DNA of 32,000 bases from an uncultured Planctomycetia bacterium (GTDB lineage: Bacteria; Omnitrophota; Gorgyraeia; Duberdicusellales; 4484-171), in contig CAZHYN010000003.1 of NCBI GenBank assembly GCA_964536865.1, forward strand, positions 1 to 32,000. Direction: 5' to 3'. Under the pieces are notes generated by a model that had not been told where the DNA came from, searched no databases, and saw nothing but the letters and a program-made list of their open reading frames with translations. Of the stretch, positions 9,449 through 19,102 are shown in pieces (positions within the stretch are counted from its first letter, which is position 1; each line of letters opens with the position of its first letter). Made by a program: the position numbers and the translations under genes.

Positions 9449-10672
9449 CTATTCCATTTTATCTAATTGGAACTCATTATGCAAAACTTTTAATGCCCTT
9501 TTCCCTTCCTCCTTCTTTAATACACAAGAAATACTTATCTCAGAGGTGGAAATCATCTCAATATTAATTTTCCTTTTTGCCAAAGCAGAGAAGCATCTTG
9601 CTGCTACTCCAGGATATGACTTCATCCCTACGCCTACAATAGATACCTTAGCTATATTCTCATCCACTAAAACTTTTCCTGCTTCTATCTTTTTAGCGAT
9701 TTCCTTAGATACTTTAACTGCTTTATGGATAATCCCTTTAGCTACCGTAAAGGAAATATCTGTAATATTCTTGTGACTCACATTCTGAACAATCATATCT
9801 ACATTAACATTGTTAGTAGCTAATCTTGTAAATATCTTAGCAGCAATCCCTGGCCTATCAGGAACATTACAGATAGTAATTTTTGCCTCATTTTCTGTCA
9901 ATACTATTCCTCTTACCACAGGTTCTTCGATAAAAGACGTTCTTCTCATAATTACTGTTCCCTCCTTTTTGGTAAAACTTGACCTCACATGAATAGGAAG
10001 ATTAAACTTCTTTGCTACTTCAACTGCTCTGGTCTGCATCACTTGTGCTCCTTGGGAAGCAAGTTCTAACATCTCATCAAAAGTAATATAATCAATCTTT
10101 CTAGCTTTCTTCACTATTCTAGGATCGGCAGTATAAATCCCTTCCACATCAGTGTATATCTCGCACACGTCTGCCCCTAAAGCACAGGCTAAAGCTACCG
10201 CACTTAAATCAGAACCCCCTCTTCCTAAAGTAGTTATCTCCTGAGCAGTACTTATCCCCTGAAATCCTGCTACAATAACAACCTTACCCTTCTTCAGTTC
10301 TTCTTTAATTCTCTTCGTCTCTATCTTTAGAATCTTTGCCTTAGTATGATAAGTATCGGTGATAATTCCTACCTGAGAGCCAGTAAAGGAAATAGCATCA
10401 CAACTCTTCTTATGTAAAGCCATAGCTAAGAGAGCAGAAGAAATTTGCTCTCCAGTAGAGATAAGCATATCTAGTTCTCTCTCTGAAGGATAAAGATTAA
10501 TCTTCTTTGCTAAAGAAATTAATTCATCAGTAGTATCACCCATAGCTGATACTACCACTACTACTTTATTATTATCTTTCACATAACTAACCACTCTTTT
10601 CGCTACATTATCAATCCTCTCTACATTGGCCACAGAACTTCCTCCGTATTTCTGTACGAGTAGTTTACTCAT
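9449..10672 (-). CDS. lysC: aspartate kinase
   Basis: VQKYGGSSV, VVVVSAMGDTTDEL, GRGGSDLSA, plus two C-terminal ACT-like repeats. The stop abuts the cimA start and the start overlaps the cstA stop by 4 nt. Confidence 0.92.
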   Translation of the reverse strand: MSKLLVQKYGGSSVANVERIDNVAKRVVSYVKDNNKVVVVVSAMGDTTDELISLAKKINLYPSERELDMLISTGEQISSALLAMALHKKSCDAISFTGSQVGIITDTYHTKAKILKIETKRIKEELKKGKVVIVAGFQGISTAQEITTLGRGGSDLSAVALACALGADVCEIYTDVEGIYTADPRIVKKARKIDYITFDEMLELASQGAQVMQTRAVEVAKKFNLPIHVRSSFTKKEGTVIMRRTSFIEEPVVRGIVLTENEAKITICNVPDRPGIAAKIFTRLATNNVNVDMIVQNVSHKNITDISFTVAKGIIHKAVKVSKEIAKKIEAGKVLVDENIAKVSIVGVGMKSYPGVAARCFSALAKRKINIEMISTSEISISCVLKKEEGKRALKVLHNEFQLDKME

Positions 10673-12240
10673 CGAATATGAGAAATCTTTAATTTTAGTC
10701 TTATAAATTCATCAACAACTAATCCTGCCATAAGAAGAAGAACGAGAGAGATACCAAATAAGAGCCAGTTACCTTGGGCGAAAAACTTTACCATACTTAA
10801 GACTAAGGCTATAGTAGTAATAAGCAACATTATTATCGCAGGGATAACAGCAACCTTGAAGTTTTTCTTCTTAGAAATTAACCAAGCACTGATAACAATT
10901 AAAGCTAAAGCTGCTACTAACTGGTTAGAAGCTCCAAATATAGGCCACAGAATTTGCCATTGCCCAGTCACCCCTAAATAACCTCCTACTAAAATAACTA
11001 TCGTTGTAGCGACAAACTTATTTTTAATGCCTACTAACTCCTGAGTAATGAAACGAGTAATCCTAGTAGCGCTATCTAAGGTAGTCAGAATGAAAGTGTT
11101 AAGAATTACCAGAGCAACTACCTTACCGTAATCTCCTAAGAAGTAAACTATCTTAGAAAATCCTAAAGAAAATAATTCCATTGGTGAAACATGAGATGGA
11201 TTCTTTAAAACAAAGGCTACGGAAAACAAAGCAATTGTTGCCAATACCCCTTCCAATACCATAGCTCCCAAACCTATTCTCTTAGCATGGAGTTCAGAAG
11301 AGATCTGCTTGGAAGTAGTTCCACTGGAGACTAAAGAATGAAACCCTGAGATAGCTCCACAGGCCACGGTAATAAACATTACAGGAAATATAGGTCCTAA
11401 CGAAGATGAATACTTAAATAACACTGCTCCCCTAATAGAAAAAGGTCTTGTAAATAATCCTATCAAAGAAACACCAATCCCAAAAAACAAGAGAAAACTA
11501 GAGATATAGTCTCTGGGTTGAAGCAAGATATTTACAGGAAGTATAGAAGCAAAAAAAGCATATAGAAAAAGAATAATCATCCAGAAAAGATAAGGGTTAG
11601 CTGAATTTAATCTTATTTTAAAAAACTCTCCTCCTACCACAAGAAGGAAAAGAAGTATTAACCCCACTAAGGTAGAGAAAACTGTATTGACTCTTAAATT
11701 GTATATTAGGACTCCCACAAAGATAGCTACGGGAATTAAACCCAAAGAAGGTAAGACTACTCCAGGCTGAGAAATAAAGCTCTTAGCACATAGAGAAGCA
11801 AAAACTGCAATGACGATAACTAAAGCGAACCACAAAAACCCCAAAAACACTTTACTTGCTCTATAGGAAATATACTCTTTAGAAATATTACCTATAGTTT
11901 GACCACCTTCTCTTATAGAAATAACCAATGACAAAAAGTCGTGTACCCCTCCCATAAAGATAGTACCCAAAACAATCCATAAAAGTGCTCCTAACCATCC
12001 CCAACTTATGTATGCAAGCACCGGTCCTACAATAGGACCTGCTCCAGCAATAGAAGCAAAATGATGACCGAATAGAATTAACCAATTCTTTGCAGGAACA
12101 AAATCACTCCCATCGTACTTTACCACAGCAGGAGTAGGATTATTCTTATTAATATCCAAGAGCTTAGATAAATAACCTCCATACACTATGTACCCCAAGA
12201 TAAAGGTTACTAATACACCAACGAATAGAACCGTACTCAT
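10669..12240 (-). CDS. cstA: carbon starvation protein A family transporter (CstA/BtsT family)
   Basis: Polytopic membrane protein with the CstA signature GHHFASIAGAGPIVGPVLA near the N-terminus. 523 aa. Confidence 0.85.
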   Translation of the reverse strand: MSTVLFVGVLVTFILGYIVYGGYLSKLLDINKNNPTPAVVKYDGSDFVPAKNWLILFGHHFASIAGAGPIVGPVLAYISWGWLGALLWIVLGTIFMGGVHDFLSLVISIREGGQTIGNISKEYISYRASKVFLGFLWFALVIVIAVFASLCAKSFISQPGVVLPSLGLIPVAIFVGVLIYNLRVNTVFSTLVGLILLFLLVVGGEFFKIRLNSANPYLFWMIILFLYAFFASILPVNILLQPRDYISSFLLFFGIGVSLIGLFTRPFSIRGAVLFKYSSSLGPIFPVMFITVACGAISGFHSLVSSGTTSKQISSELHAKRIGLGAMVLEGVLATIALFSVAFVLKNPSHVSPMELFSLGFSKIVYFLGDYGKVVALVILNTFILTTLDSATRITRFITQELVGIKNKFVATTIVILVGGYLGVTGQWQILWPIFGASNQLVAALALIVISAWLISKKKNFKVAVIPAIIMLLITTIALVLSMVKFFAQGNWLLFGISLVLLLMAGLVVDEFIRLKLKISHIR

Positions 12241-13436
12241 TCTTTAAGGAAGTATTGAAGGAGTCCTACTCCCCTATCAAAGTATAAACTACTGTTCTGT
12301 GCTTCTAATTCAGAAAAACAGCTAAATCCCCCCTTCTCTACTCCCTCCCCAGCAATCAAAAAAGGAACGGGCTCATCGGTATGAGTCCTTTTAGATATAG
12401 GGGTGGGGTGATCAGGAACAACTAAAATACGGAATTTCTCCTTTTTTGAATTCAGATTTTCTACAATAGTCCCTATAACGAATTTATCTATCCTTTCCAG
12501 ACAGATTATCTTCATACGTAAATCTTGATTGTGAGAAGCCTCATCAGTAGCCTCTATATGTACAAAAACAAAATCAACTTCTTCTAAAGCACGCAGAGCA
12601 GACTCTGCTTTTCCTTGATAGTTAGTATCGTAGTATCCCGTTGCTCCTTCAACCTCGATCACTTTTAGATTAACTAACTTACCTATCCCTTTTATTAAAT
12701 CTACTGCAGAAATTACCGCTCCCCTTAAACCAAATTTCTTTTGGAAACTCTCCATAGATGGTTTTGGTCCACAACCCCATAACCAAATCATATTAGCAGG
12801 GCTTTCTCCTAAATCTATCCTTACTTTGTTGATTTCATGTTCTCTGAGTACTTCCTTAGACTTGTTCATAAGGTCTATAATAATATTAGCATTATTACCT
12901 TTGGGAAAGTGAGGAATTATACTCTTACCTATGATATCATGAGGAGGCCAATATTTTAACTTATCTAACCCTAGAGGCAATCCTCCTCTATACACCATAA
13001 GATTACGATAACTTTTACCAAGGTAGAATCTAATCTCTCTACTACCTAAACTCTTATTGAGAGCATCTATGAGAAAGGAAGCTTCTTTATCGGTTATGTG
13101 TCCGGCACTATAGTCTAAGAGAATATCATCATTCTCTGTAATAAGATTACACCGGAAAGCTAAATCTTTTTCTCCCAAAGCTATCCCTAAGTTAGCTGCC
13201 TCCAGAGGTCCTCTACCGGTATAATATTTTTCCGGCTCATAACCCAGAAGAGAAAGATTAGCTACGTCACTAGAAGGGCTAAATCCTAAAGGTACAGTTT
13301 TCACTCTTCCTAAGATACCTTGGGAAGCTAACTTATCCATGAAAGGAGTATCAGCTACCTCTAAAGGAGTCTTCCCATTGAGGACTTCTAAAGGATAATC
13401 GCCCGCTCCATCAGGGACTACTACTATGTATTTCAT
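12237..13436 (-). CDS. apgM: cofactor-independent phosphoglycerate mutase, archaeal-type (ApgM)
   Basis: MKYIVVVPDGAGDYP...GKTPLE.A.TP.MD.LA, CNL, DYSAGHI, HIEATDEASH and VVPDHPTP are the metalloenzyme/ApgM motifs. Confidence 0.88.
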   Translation of the reverse strand: MKYIVVVPDGAGDYPLEVLNGKTPLEVADTPFMDKLASQGILGRVKTVPLGFSPSSDVANLSLLGYEPEKYYTGRGPLEAANLGIALGEKDLAFRCNLITENDDILLDYSAGHITDKEASFLIDALNKSLGSREIRFYLGKSYRNLMVYRGGLPLGLDKLKYWPPHDIIGKSIIPHFPKGNNANIIIDLMNKSKEVLREHEINKVRIDLGESPANMIWLWGCGPKPSMESFQKKFGLRGAVISAVDLIKGIGKLVNLKVIEVEGATGYYDTNYQGKAESALRALEEVDFVFVHIEATDEASHNQDLRMKIICLERIDKFVIGTIVENLNSKKEKFRILVVPDHPTPISKRTHTDEPVPFLIAGEGVEKGGFSCFSELEAQNSSLYFDRGVGLLQYFLKE

Positions 13437-13444
13437 AGATATAA

Positions 13445-13473
13445 AGTTTAATATAAAAAAGAAGAAAGTGCAA
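13445..13473 (-). promoter_or_regulatory. candidate promoter of the apgM operon, near-leaderless geometry
   Basis: Minus strand: TTGCAC (13473..13468), 17 nt, TAAACT (13450..13445), 8 nt, ATG (13436). No Shine-Dalgarno sequence in between. Confidence 0.35.
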
Positions 13474-13506
13474 GCTCTTTATACGGACAGGTAAATCGTA
13501 GGTAAA

Positions 13507-14013
13507 TTACTTTCTCTCTACAGAAATCTCTCCCAGCTCTACTTTTTCTGAGGATACCCTCTCTTTAGAGATAGTTCCTTTTGCTTTCTCAATCTGCGTC
13601 CGTAAACTCTCCAAATCATCAAAAATACCTGCTAAGGTATCTGCATACATGTTACGCAAATCATCTATGCTGTCAGTAATCGCTAAGAGTTTAGAAACGA
13701 GTTTCTTTCTCTCCATGTCTCCTGTATCTAACCTACTTTCAATTAAAGATAAATCCTTAGAGTAAGTATCTATCTGAGAAGATAAACTACCTAAAGAATT
13801 TCTTATCTTCTTTAGATTCCCAGTAAACTTATCAATTTTGCTCTCCAGGAGTGCTAACTTCTTATCGATAAGGTTGGAATGATTAGAAACTTGAGAAATT
13901 TTTTTACTCTGCTGGTTATAAAAATAGTAACCTGCTCCTGTAATTGCTCCTACTAATAAAAACAGAACTATAATTGCTATAGTTATACCTACACTTTTTT
14001 TCTCTTTCTCCAT
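13507..14013 (-). CDS. membrane-anchored coiled-coil protein, unknown function
   Basis: Strong SD (AAAGGAGGTGAGAG-ATG). One N-terminal TM helix (VGITIAIIVLFLLVGAITGAGYYF), followed by ~130 aa of heptad-like, Leu/Ser/Asp/Lys-rich sequence. Confidence 0.5.
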   Translation of the reverse strand: MEKEKKSVGITIAIIVLFLLVGAITGAGYYFYNQQSKKISQVSNHSNLIDKKLALLESKIDKFTGNLKKIRNSLGSLSSQIDTYSKDLSLIESRLDTGDMERKKLVSKLLAITDSIDDLRNMYADTLAGIFDDLESLRTQIEKAKGTISKERVSSEKVELGEISVERK

Positions 14014-14070
14014 CTCTCACCTCCTTTTGCTTTGTTATTTTACTCTTTTTCTAAAATAAATCAAGCCATT

Positions 14071-14077
14071 TATCCTT
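14071..14077. repeat. left copy of putative 7-bp target-site duplication TATCCTT
   Basis: TATCCTT directly abuts the GG.. start of the left inverted repeat. An identical heptamer abuts the right end at 15379..15385. Confidence 0.45.
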
Positions 14078-15378
14078 GGGTTCTGTCAACAAAAGTATGT
14101 AAATTCATAAAGGCTATAACCACCTATTCCCATATTAAACCTTTCAACTAAAAAATAAATACCCTATTGACACTTTTTTCTCTCTAAATCCTGCCCTCTA
14201 TCCTGGTTAGTTGTTCTAATCTTTTAAGAATCTCTCTATTAAATTGGTGCTTTTTATTAAGGAATGAAATTTAGCAGGGTATTTATAAAAAGTTAAAGTT
14301 TTGTCTATGTTTTTAAGTAAAATATTAAAAAATTTAGGCTCTTTATCCTGGTATTCTTTTTTGAAGGTATTTAATTTACTCAGGAATTCGTTCTTTGTTT
14401 TTACTTTATAGAGATTATAGGCCTTCTCTCTTATAGAAGGAAGTAACTTCTTATTTTTTATGTATCTTAGGGCTTCCCTTACATAGTGGACACAATATAT
14501 TTGAGTATCTTTATCAGGATAAACAAACAAAAAGGCATTTTCTATTGTCTTTTTGCCATCAGAGATAAGCATTTTTAAGTTTTTTCCCTCTAGACCTTTT
14601 TCCTTTAATTCAAAGAAAAAGTTTGTATAGTTTATCTCATTTTCACTTGATACTATTTTAAAATAAAGGATTTCATAGCTTAAATCCTCTTTTATCTCTA
14701 TGCAGAATAAACAAGGCCTCTTTCTTTTACCCTCTGGCTTTATCTTTATATATTTGGCATCTACTATTAAGAAGAAATAATCATCGGTTAATTTTTTCTT
14801 TAAGAATTGATTAACTAAGCTATCTAATCTTTTTAAAATATTAGATACTGTTTGATGGCTTATGCTTGATTCTGAGAAGAAATTATAGAAAAACTTAGCT
14901 GTTTTTCTTGTAGATTGCCCATTTAGAAAACAATTAAGTATGGCATAGTCAAATTCATCTAATCTTCTTTGATAGGCCTTTATGAGTTTAAATTTAACTT
15001 TTCTTCTTGCCCGAGGTACTAAAAAATTATCAATTCTGCCTCCAATATGGGTGATAAGGCTTCTTGGATGGTAGCCGTTCCTGTAGCCTTCTCTTAATTC
15101 ACAGCGCTGGTATCTTTCTGCTTTCAATATGGCTTCTAATTCCTTATTTAGGCTATATTCTAAAACTTGCTTTATCATTTGCTTTACCTTGCCTCTTAAA
15201 TCAAGCCAGAATATCTCTTTTGGCAAAATATCCTTGAGGTCAGTCCACCTTAGGAGTAAATTTTTACCAGAATCAAAGCTTATTTGTTTGCCGGCTTATC
15301 ACCTCCTTTCCTTTTTAGGAGGGTATAGCCTTTTTTATTTAGCCTGTCAAGAATTTACACAGAATATTTTACAGTGCC
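14078..15378 (-). mobile_element. IS256-family insertion sequence (~1.3 kb) with decayed transposase
   Basis: The size suits the family. Imperfect ~38-bp terminal inverted repeats: left GGGTTCTGTCAACAAAAGTATGTAAATTCATAAAGGCT versus the reverse complement of the right end GGCACTGTAAAATATTCTGTGTAAATTCTTGACAGGCT. My hand alignment gives 26 of 39 columns matching, with a TGTAAATTC core. Flanked by TATCCTT direct repeats. Encodes a mutator-type DDE transposase. Confidence 0.6.
14216..15226 (-). CDS. IS256-family (mutator-type) transposase, probably non-functional
   Basis: EAILKAERYQR...REGYRNGYHPRSLITHIGGRIDNFLVPRARR is the family N-terminal motif. DDE candidates are FLIVDAKYIKI, MLISDGKK and STNLIERF. 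The ORF stops right after the E motif. The last ~45 codons down to the IS end are broken by stops and frameshifts. Upstream there is no ATG, only a TTG, and an in-frame TAA sits 27 codons above it. Confidence 0.8.
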   Translation of the reverse strand: MPKEIFWLDLRGKVKQMIKQVLEYSLNKELEAILKAERYQRCELREGYRNGYHPRSLITHIGGRIDNFLVPRARRKVKFKLIKAYQRRLDEFDYAILNCFLNGQSTRKTAKFFYNFFSESSISHQTVSNILKRLDSLVNQFLKKKLTDDYFFLIVDAKYIKIKPEGKRKRPCLFCIEIKEDLSYEILYFKIVSSENEINYTNFFFELKEKGLEGKNLKMLISDGKKTIENAFLFVYPDKDTQIYCVHYVREALRYIKNKKLLPSIREKAYNLYKVKTKNEFLSKLNTFKKEYQDKEPKFFNILLKNIDKTLTFYKYPAKFHSLIKSTNLIERFLKD

Positions 15379-16280
15379 TATCCTTTTTCCAAGTAACAAG
15401 CTAAGAAATGATTATTTTCAATCTCTATGAGAGTTGGTTCTTTAAGACATACCTCCTTCTTATAAGGACACCGTGGAAAAAATCTACATCCTTTCTCAGG
15501 TAAAGTTGGTTCAGGAATATCTTTTAATTTAAGAGCAGTGGCTTCCAGGAGAAGCTTTGTATAAGGATGAAGAGGATTTTTATAAATTAAATCTTTTGGA
15601 GCAAATTCTACTATCTTACCATAGTACATTACAAACACCCACCAGGCTAAGTGTTTTACTAACTTAAGATTATGAGATATAAAAAGAAAACCTACTTTCT
15701 TTTCTTGTTGAATCTTAAGAAGGAGATCGATAATCTTACTAGTGGTAGAGATATCTAAAGCAGAAGTAGGCTCATCCAAAATAAGAAGGGAAGGATTATT
15801 TATAAGACTCCGGGCAATACAAACTCTTTGCAGTTGACCCCCACTTAATTGGTGGGGATAACGCCAAAGAACATTTTCTGGCAACTCTACACTTTTCAAC
15901 AATTCCTTAAAAAACGTGACTGCCTCTCTCTTATTCATCTTGGTAAATATAGAAAGTGCTTCATAGAAAGAAAAAAATACTCTACAACGTGGATCTAAAC
16001 TAAGGTAAGGATTCTGAAATACCATCTGTGCATTCCTTCTTAAAAATGCTCTGTTTTTCTTAGAGGTTATCTCCTCGCCTCTAAGGTAAATTTTCCCTGC
16101 TTCAGGAGGATAAAGCCCTACAATCACCTTAGCGAGAGTAGTCTTCCCACAACCGGATTCCCCTACCAAAGCAGAGGTTTGCCCCTCTTCTACAAAAAGG
16201 TTCACCCCATCCAGAGCTTTAACTACCTTTCTCCTATGAATAAAGTATTTTCTCACTTCCTCTATCTGTAAGAGTTTCAT
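15378..16280 (-). CDS. peptide ABC transporter ATP-binding protein (OppF/DppF type)
   Basis: Walker A GESGCGKTT, signature LSGGQLQR, Walker B LLILDEPTSALD, and the C-terminal oligopeptide/dipeptide extension (HPYTKLLL... CRFFPRCPY). Confidence 0.88.
   Translation of the reverse strand: MKLLQIEEVRKYFIHRRKVVKALDGVNLFVEEGQTSALVGESGCGKTTLAKVIVGLYPPEAGKIYLRGEEITSKKNRAFLRRNAQMVFQNPYLSLDPRCRVFFSFYEALSIFTKMNKREAVTFFKELLKSVELPENVLWRYPHQLSGGQLQRVCIARSLINNPSLLILDEPTSALDISTTSKIIDLLLKIQQEKKVGFLFISHNLKLVKHLAWWVFVMYYGKIVEFAPKDLIYKNPLHPYTKLLLEATALKLKDIPEPTLPEKGCRFFPRCPYKKEVCLKEPTLIEIENNHFLACYLEKG
15379..15385. repeat. right copy of putative 7-bp target-site duplication TATCCTT
   Basis: See 14071..14077. 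It overlaps the last sense codons and the stop of the ABC ATPase gene. Confidence 0.45.
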
Positions 16281-17069
16281 CTACTCTAGTCTCTTAAATG
16301 CCTCTATTAGTTCTTTAGTATAAGGATCCTTGGGCTCTCTAAACAAAGCCTCTTTCTCCCTTATCTCTTTCATCTCTCCTTCATAGAGAACACAAATTCT
16401 ATCACAGATAACCCTCGCTAAGTCCAAATTGTGAGTGATAAAAATAACTGAAAGATTAAGCTCCTCTTTTAACCTTAAAAAAAGATGAATGATTTGACTC
16501 TCCACAGTGATATCTAGATTACTGGTAGGCTCATCAGCGATAAGGATTAAAGGAGAAAGAGCTATAGAGAAAGCGATAGCTATTCTCTGCAGTTGTCCTC
16601 CACTCAAAGTATGAGGATAACTCCTTAAAATCCGCTCTTCTTCTACCAATTTTACCCTTTTAAATGAGTCATGTATTATTTGAGAAACCAGATTCTTCTC
16701 TTTTAAATTTAGCTTCTCTCGTAAAATCTCTCTAAATTGATAACCAATAGTTAACACAGGATTGAAAGAAGCGGCTGGCTCTTGAAATATTAATCCTATC
16801 TTCCTCCCTCTTATACATAGTAAATCTTGTTCTGACAAAGAAAAAATATCTCTACCTTCAAATATAATTTTGCCACTAGTGTAAGCTTTCTCATCCAGAA
16901 GAGAAAGAATCGAAAGCCCCAATGTAGTTTTGCCACTTCCTGACTCCCCCACCACTCCCAGAATTTCTCCCTCTTTAAGGGAAAAACTTACTTCCTTTAA
17001 AGCATAAATCTTTCTTTCCTCTACCTTATAAATCACACTTAAATTTTTTACCGTAAGAATCTCTCTCAT
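16281..17069 (-). CDS. peptide ABC transporter ATP-binding protein (OppD/DppD type)
   Basis: GESGSGKTT, LSGGQLQR, ILIADEPTSNLD. I prefer the ATG at 17069 (MREILTVKNLSV), which overlaps the upstream stop as ATGA, over the track start at 17132. Confidence 0.88.
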   Translation of the reverse strand: MREILTVKNLSVIYKVEERKIYALKEVSFSLKEGEILGVVGESGSGKTTLGLSILSLLDEKAYTSGKIIFEGRDIFSLSEQDLLCIRGRKIGLIFQEPAASFNPVLTIGYQFREILREKLNLKEKNLVSQIIHDSFKRVKLVEEERILRSYPHTLSGGQLQRIAIAFSIALSPLILIADEPTSNLDITVESQIIHLFLRLKEELNLSVIFITHNLDLARVICDRICVLYEGEMKEIREKEALFREPKDPYTKELIEAFKRLE

Positions 17070-18127
17070 ATAGAGATTTTCTTTTTGGGGTCCAATATAT
17101 CTCTTAAACTTTCTCCCAAGATATAGAAACACATTGAGCTAACTACGATGAATATACCAGGAGTAAGTATCCAAGGAAAAATTTTTATATTCACTATACC
17201 TAAGGCAGAACTAAGTAGGTTTCCCCAACTTGCCTGGGGCTCCTGAATTCCTAACCCTAAAAGACTCAAAGCTGCTTCTCCTAATATATACCCAGGAATA
17301 CTCAACACAATTGCTACTAATGCATAAGAGAAAGTATGAGGAATAATGTGGCGCAAAATTATTTTGAAATCACTTACTCCTAATATCTTGGCAGCATAGA
17401 TGTAATCTCTTTCTCTTAAAGATAAGGCCATTCCTCTTATTACTCTTGCTATTGATGCCCATCCAATGAAAGAAAGAATTACTATAATAAGAAGATAAAC
17501 CTGGGTGGAGCTAAGGTTTGGAGGGAAGGAAGCTCTTAAAGCGAGCATAAGGTAAAAAGCAGGGACCATCATCATCATCTCTACTAATCTCATAATCACG
17601 TTATCTATCTTACCTCCAAAATAACCAGAAATTGCTCCCACCAAGATTCCAATGAAAAAGGAAATACCAGCACCAATTAACCCTATAGAGAGAGATACTC
17701 TTGAACCGTAGAGAATCCGGGAAAACAAATCTCTCCCTTTGGAATCTGCTCCTAAAAGAAATAGTTTTACCCCCGAAACACCGAAAAGATGAATATCTGT
17801 CTCCACTATCCCTAAGAGTTTGTATTTAAATCCGTGGACAAAAAACTTTACAGGGTAAACTTTACTTCTATCCTCATAATAAATGCGACGGTAATATTGA
17901 TCTATATAAAACTTATACTTATAAACAAAGGGCTTAAAGAAGACTCTCTTATGGAAATCGAAAAAATGGACCTTTGTAGGAGGACACCAAAGATAATCAA
18001 TATCATCTTCATGGTAAGAATAGGGAGAAAGAAAATCAGCAAAAATAGCTCCTAAGTAAAACAGAGAGAGAAAAACCAAAGAACCCATTGCTAACTTACT
18101 CTTAATTAATTCTTTAAAAATCCTCAT
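17066..18127 (-). CDS. peptide ABC transporter permease (OppC/DppC type)
   Basis: N-terminal anchor, a long periplasmic loop, then a BPD-type permease core with the EAA-like loop (YIYAAKILGVSDFKIILRHIIP). Confidence 0.88.
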   Translation of the reverse strand: MRIFKELIKSKLAMGSLVFLSLFYLGAIFADFLSPYSYHEDDIDYLWCPPTKVHFFDFHKRVFFKPFVYKYKFYIDQYYRRIYYEDRSKVYPVKFFVHGFKYKLLGIVETDIHLFGVSGVKLFLLGADSKGRDLFSRILYGSRVSLSIGLIGAGISFFIGILVGAISGYFGGKIDNVIMRLVEMMMMVPAFYLMLALRASFPPNLSSTQVYLLIIVILSFIGWASIARVIRGMALSLRERDYIYAAKILGVSDFKIILRHIIPHTFSYALVAIVLSIPGYILGEAALSLLGLGIQEPQASWGNLLSSALGIVNIKIFPWILTPGIFIVVSSMCFYILGESLRDILDPKKKISI

Positions 18128-19102
18128 CTACCTATTGGTTTGATATCTTATCCTTGGGTCAAATAAAGCTAAAAGAATATCGGCACCTAAATTTCCTAAA
18201 ATAAGGAGCGCTGCAGCAATTAAAACTGTACCCATAACTAAGTACAAATCCTGAGAAACTACTGCTTCTAAGGTAACCTGACCCAGACCAGGCCAACCAC
18301 AGATAATTTCGGTAAGGGCAGCACCACTTAAAAGAGAAGAAAACTGATAACCAAAGATAGTAATCATAGGGTTTAATGCATTCTTCAGGGCATGGATGTA
18401 GATAATCCTTGCCCGTGATAGTCCCCTTGCCTTAGCGGCTAAAATATAGGAAGAGCCTAAAACTTCGAGGAGATTAGCTCTTAATATCCTATGGAGGGAA
18501 GCTACCGTTCCAAAAGAAAGCACCAAAGTAGGAATAATAAGGTGTCTTAAAATATCTAAAACCTTTCTCCAAAAAGTAAATTCGTCAAACCTTAACGACC
18601 GCATCCCCCCCAAAGGGAGGAGGTTACTGAAACTGGCTAAGTAAAGAAGAAGGAAAGCTAAAAAGAATGTGGGAGTAGAAATCCCTAAGTAGGAAAAAAA
18701 AGATAAAAATCTGTCCATGAACCTGTTACGATAAGCAACTGCTAATACTGCTAAGGGTATAACCAGAATCCAGCTAATCACAATTACGGATATAGAGAGA
18801 ACAAGAGTATTTAATGCACGAGAAGAAATCACTTTGATCACTGGAGCATTATAAGAAAAAGAATATCCCCAATCAAATTTTATGATATTTTTAAGCCAAA
18901 AGAAGTACTGGACAACTATCGGCTTATCTAAATTAAATTTCTCTCGATATAGTTCTATAGTCTCTTTAGAAACTTGTGGGTTTAATTTTAACTTATCAAA
19001 AAAATCTCCTGGAGCAATTTGGATAAACAGAAAAGTAATAAAGGTTATTCCCAAAATAAGAGGAATAGCTACCAGAAATCTCTTCCCAATAAACCTTATC
19101 AT
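18128..19102 (-). CDS. peptide ABC transporter permease (OppB/DppB type)
   Basis: MIRFIGKRFL..IPLILGITFITFLFI..APGD opening typical of OppB/DppB. EAA loop YILAAKARGLSRARIIYIHALKNAL. Confidence 0.88.
   Translation of the reverse strand: MIRFIGKRFLVAIPLILGITFITFLFIQIAPGDFFDKLKLNPQVSKETIELYREKFNLDKPIVVQYFFWLKNIIKFDWGYSFSYNAPVIKVISSRALNTLVLSISVIVISWILVIPLAVLAVAYRNRFMDRFLSFFSYLGISTPTFFLAFLLLYLASFSNLLPLGGMRSLRFDEFTFWRKVLDILRHLIIPTLVLSFGTVASLHRILRANLLEVLGSSYILAAKARGLSRARIIYIHALKNALNPMITIFGYQFSSLLSGAALTEIICGWPGLGQVTLEAVVSQDLYLVMGTVLIAAALLILGNLGADILLALFDPRIRYQTNR

Noticed and set aside
15129-15404. 91-aa plus-strand ORF spanning the IS right end
   Set aside because: It runs antisense to the transposase 5' region, through the terminal inverted repeat and into the ABC ATPase gene. 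It has no SD and no motifs, so it is most likely spurious.
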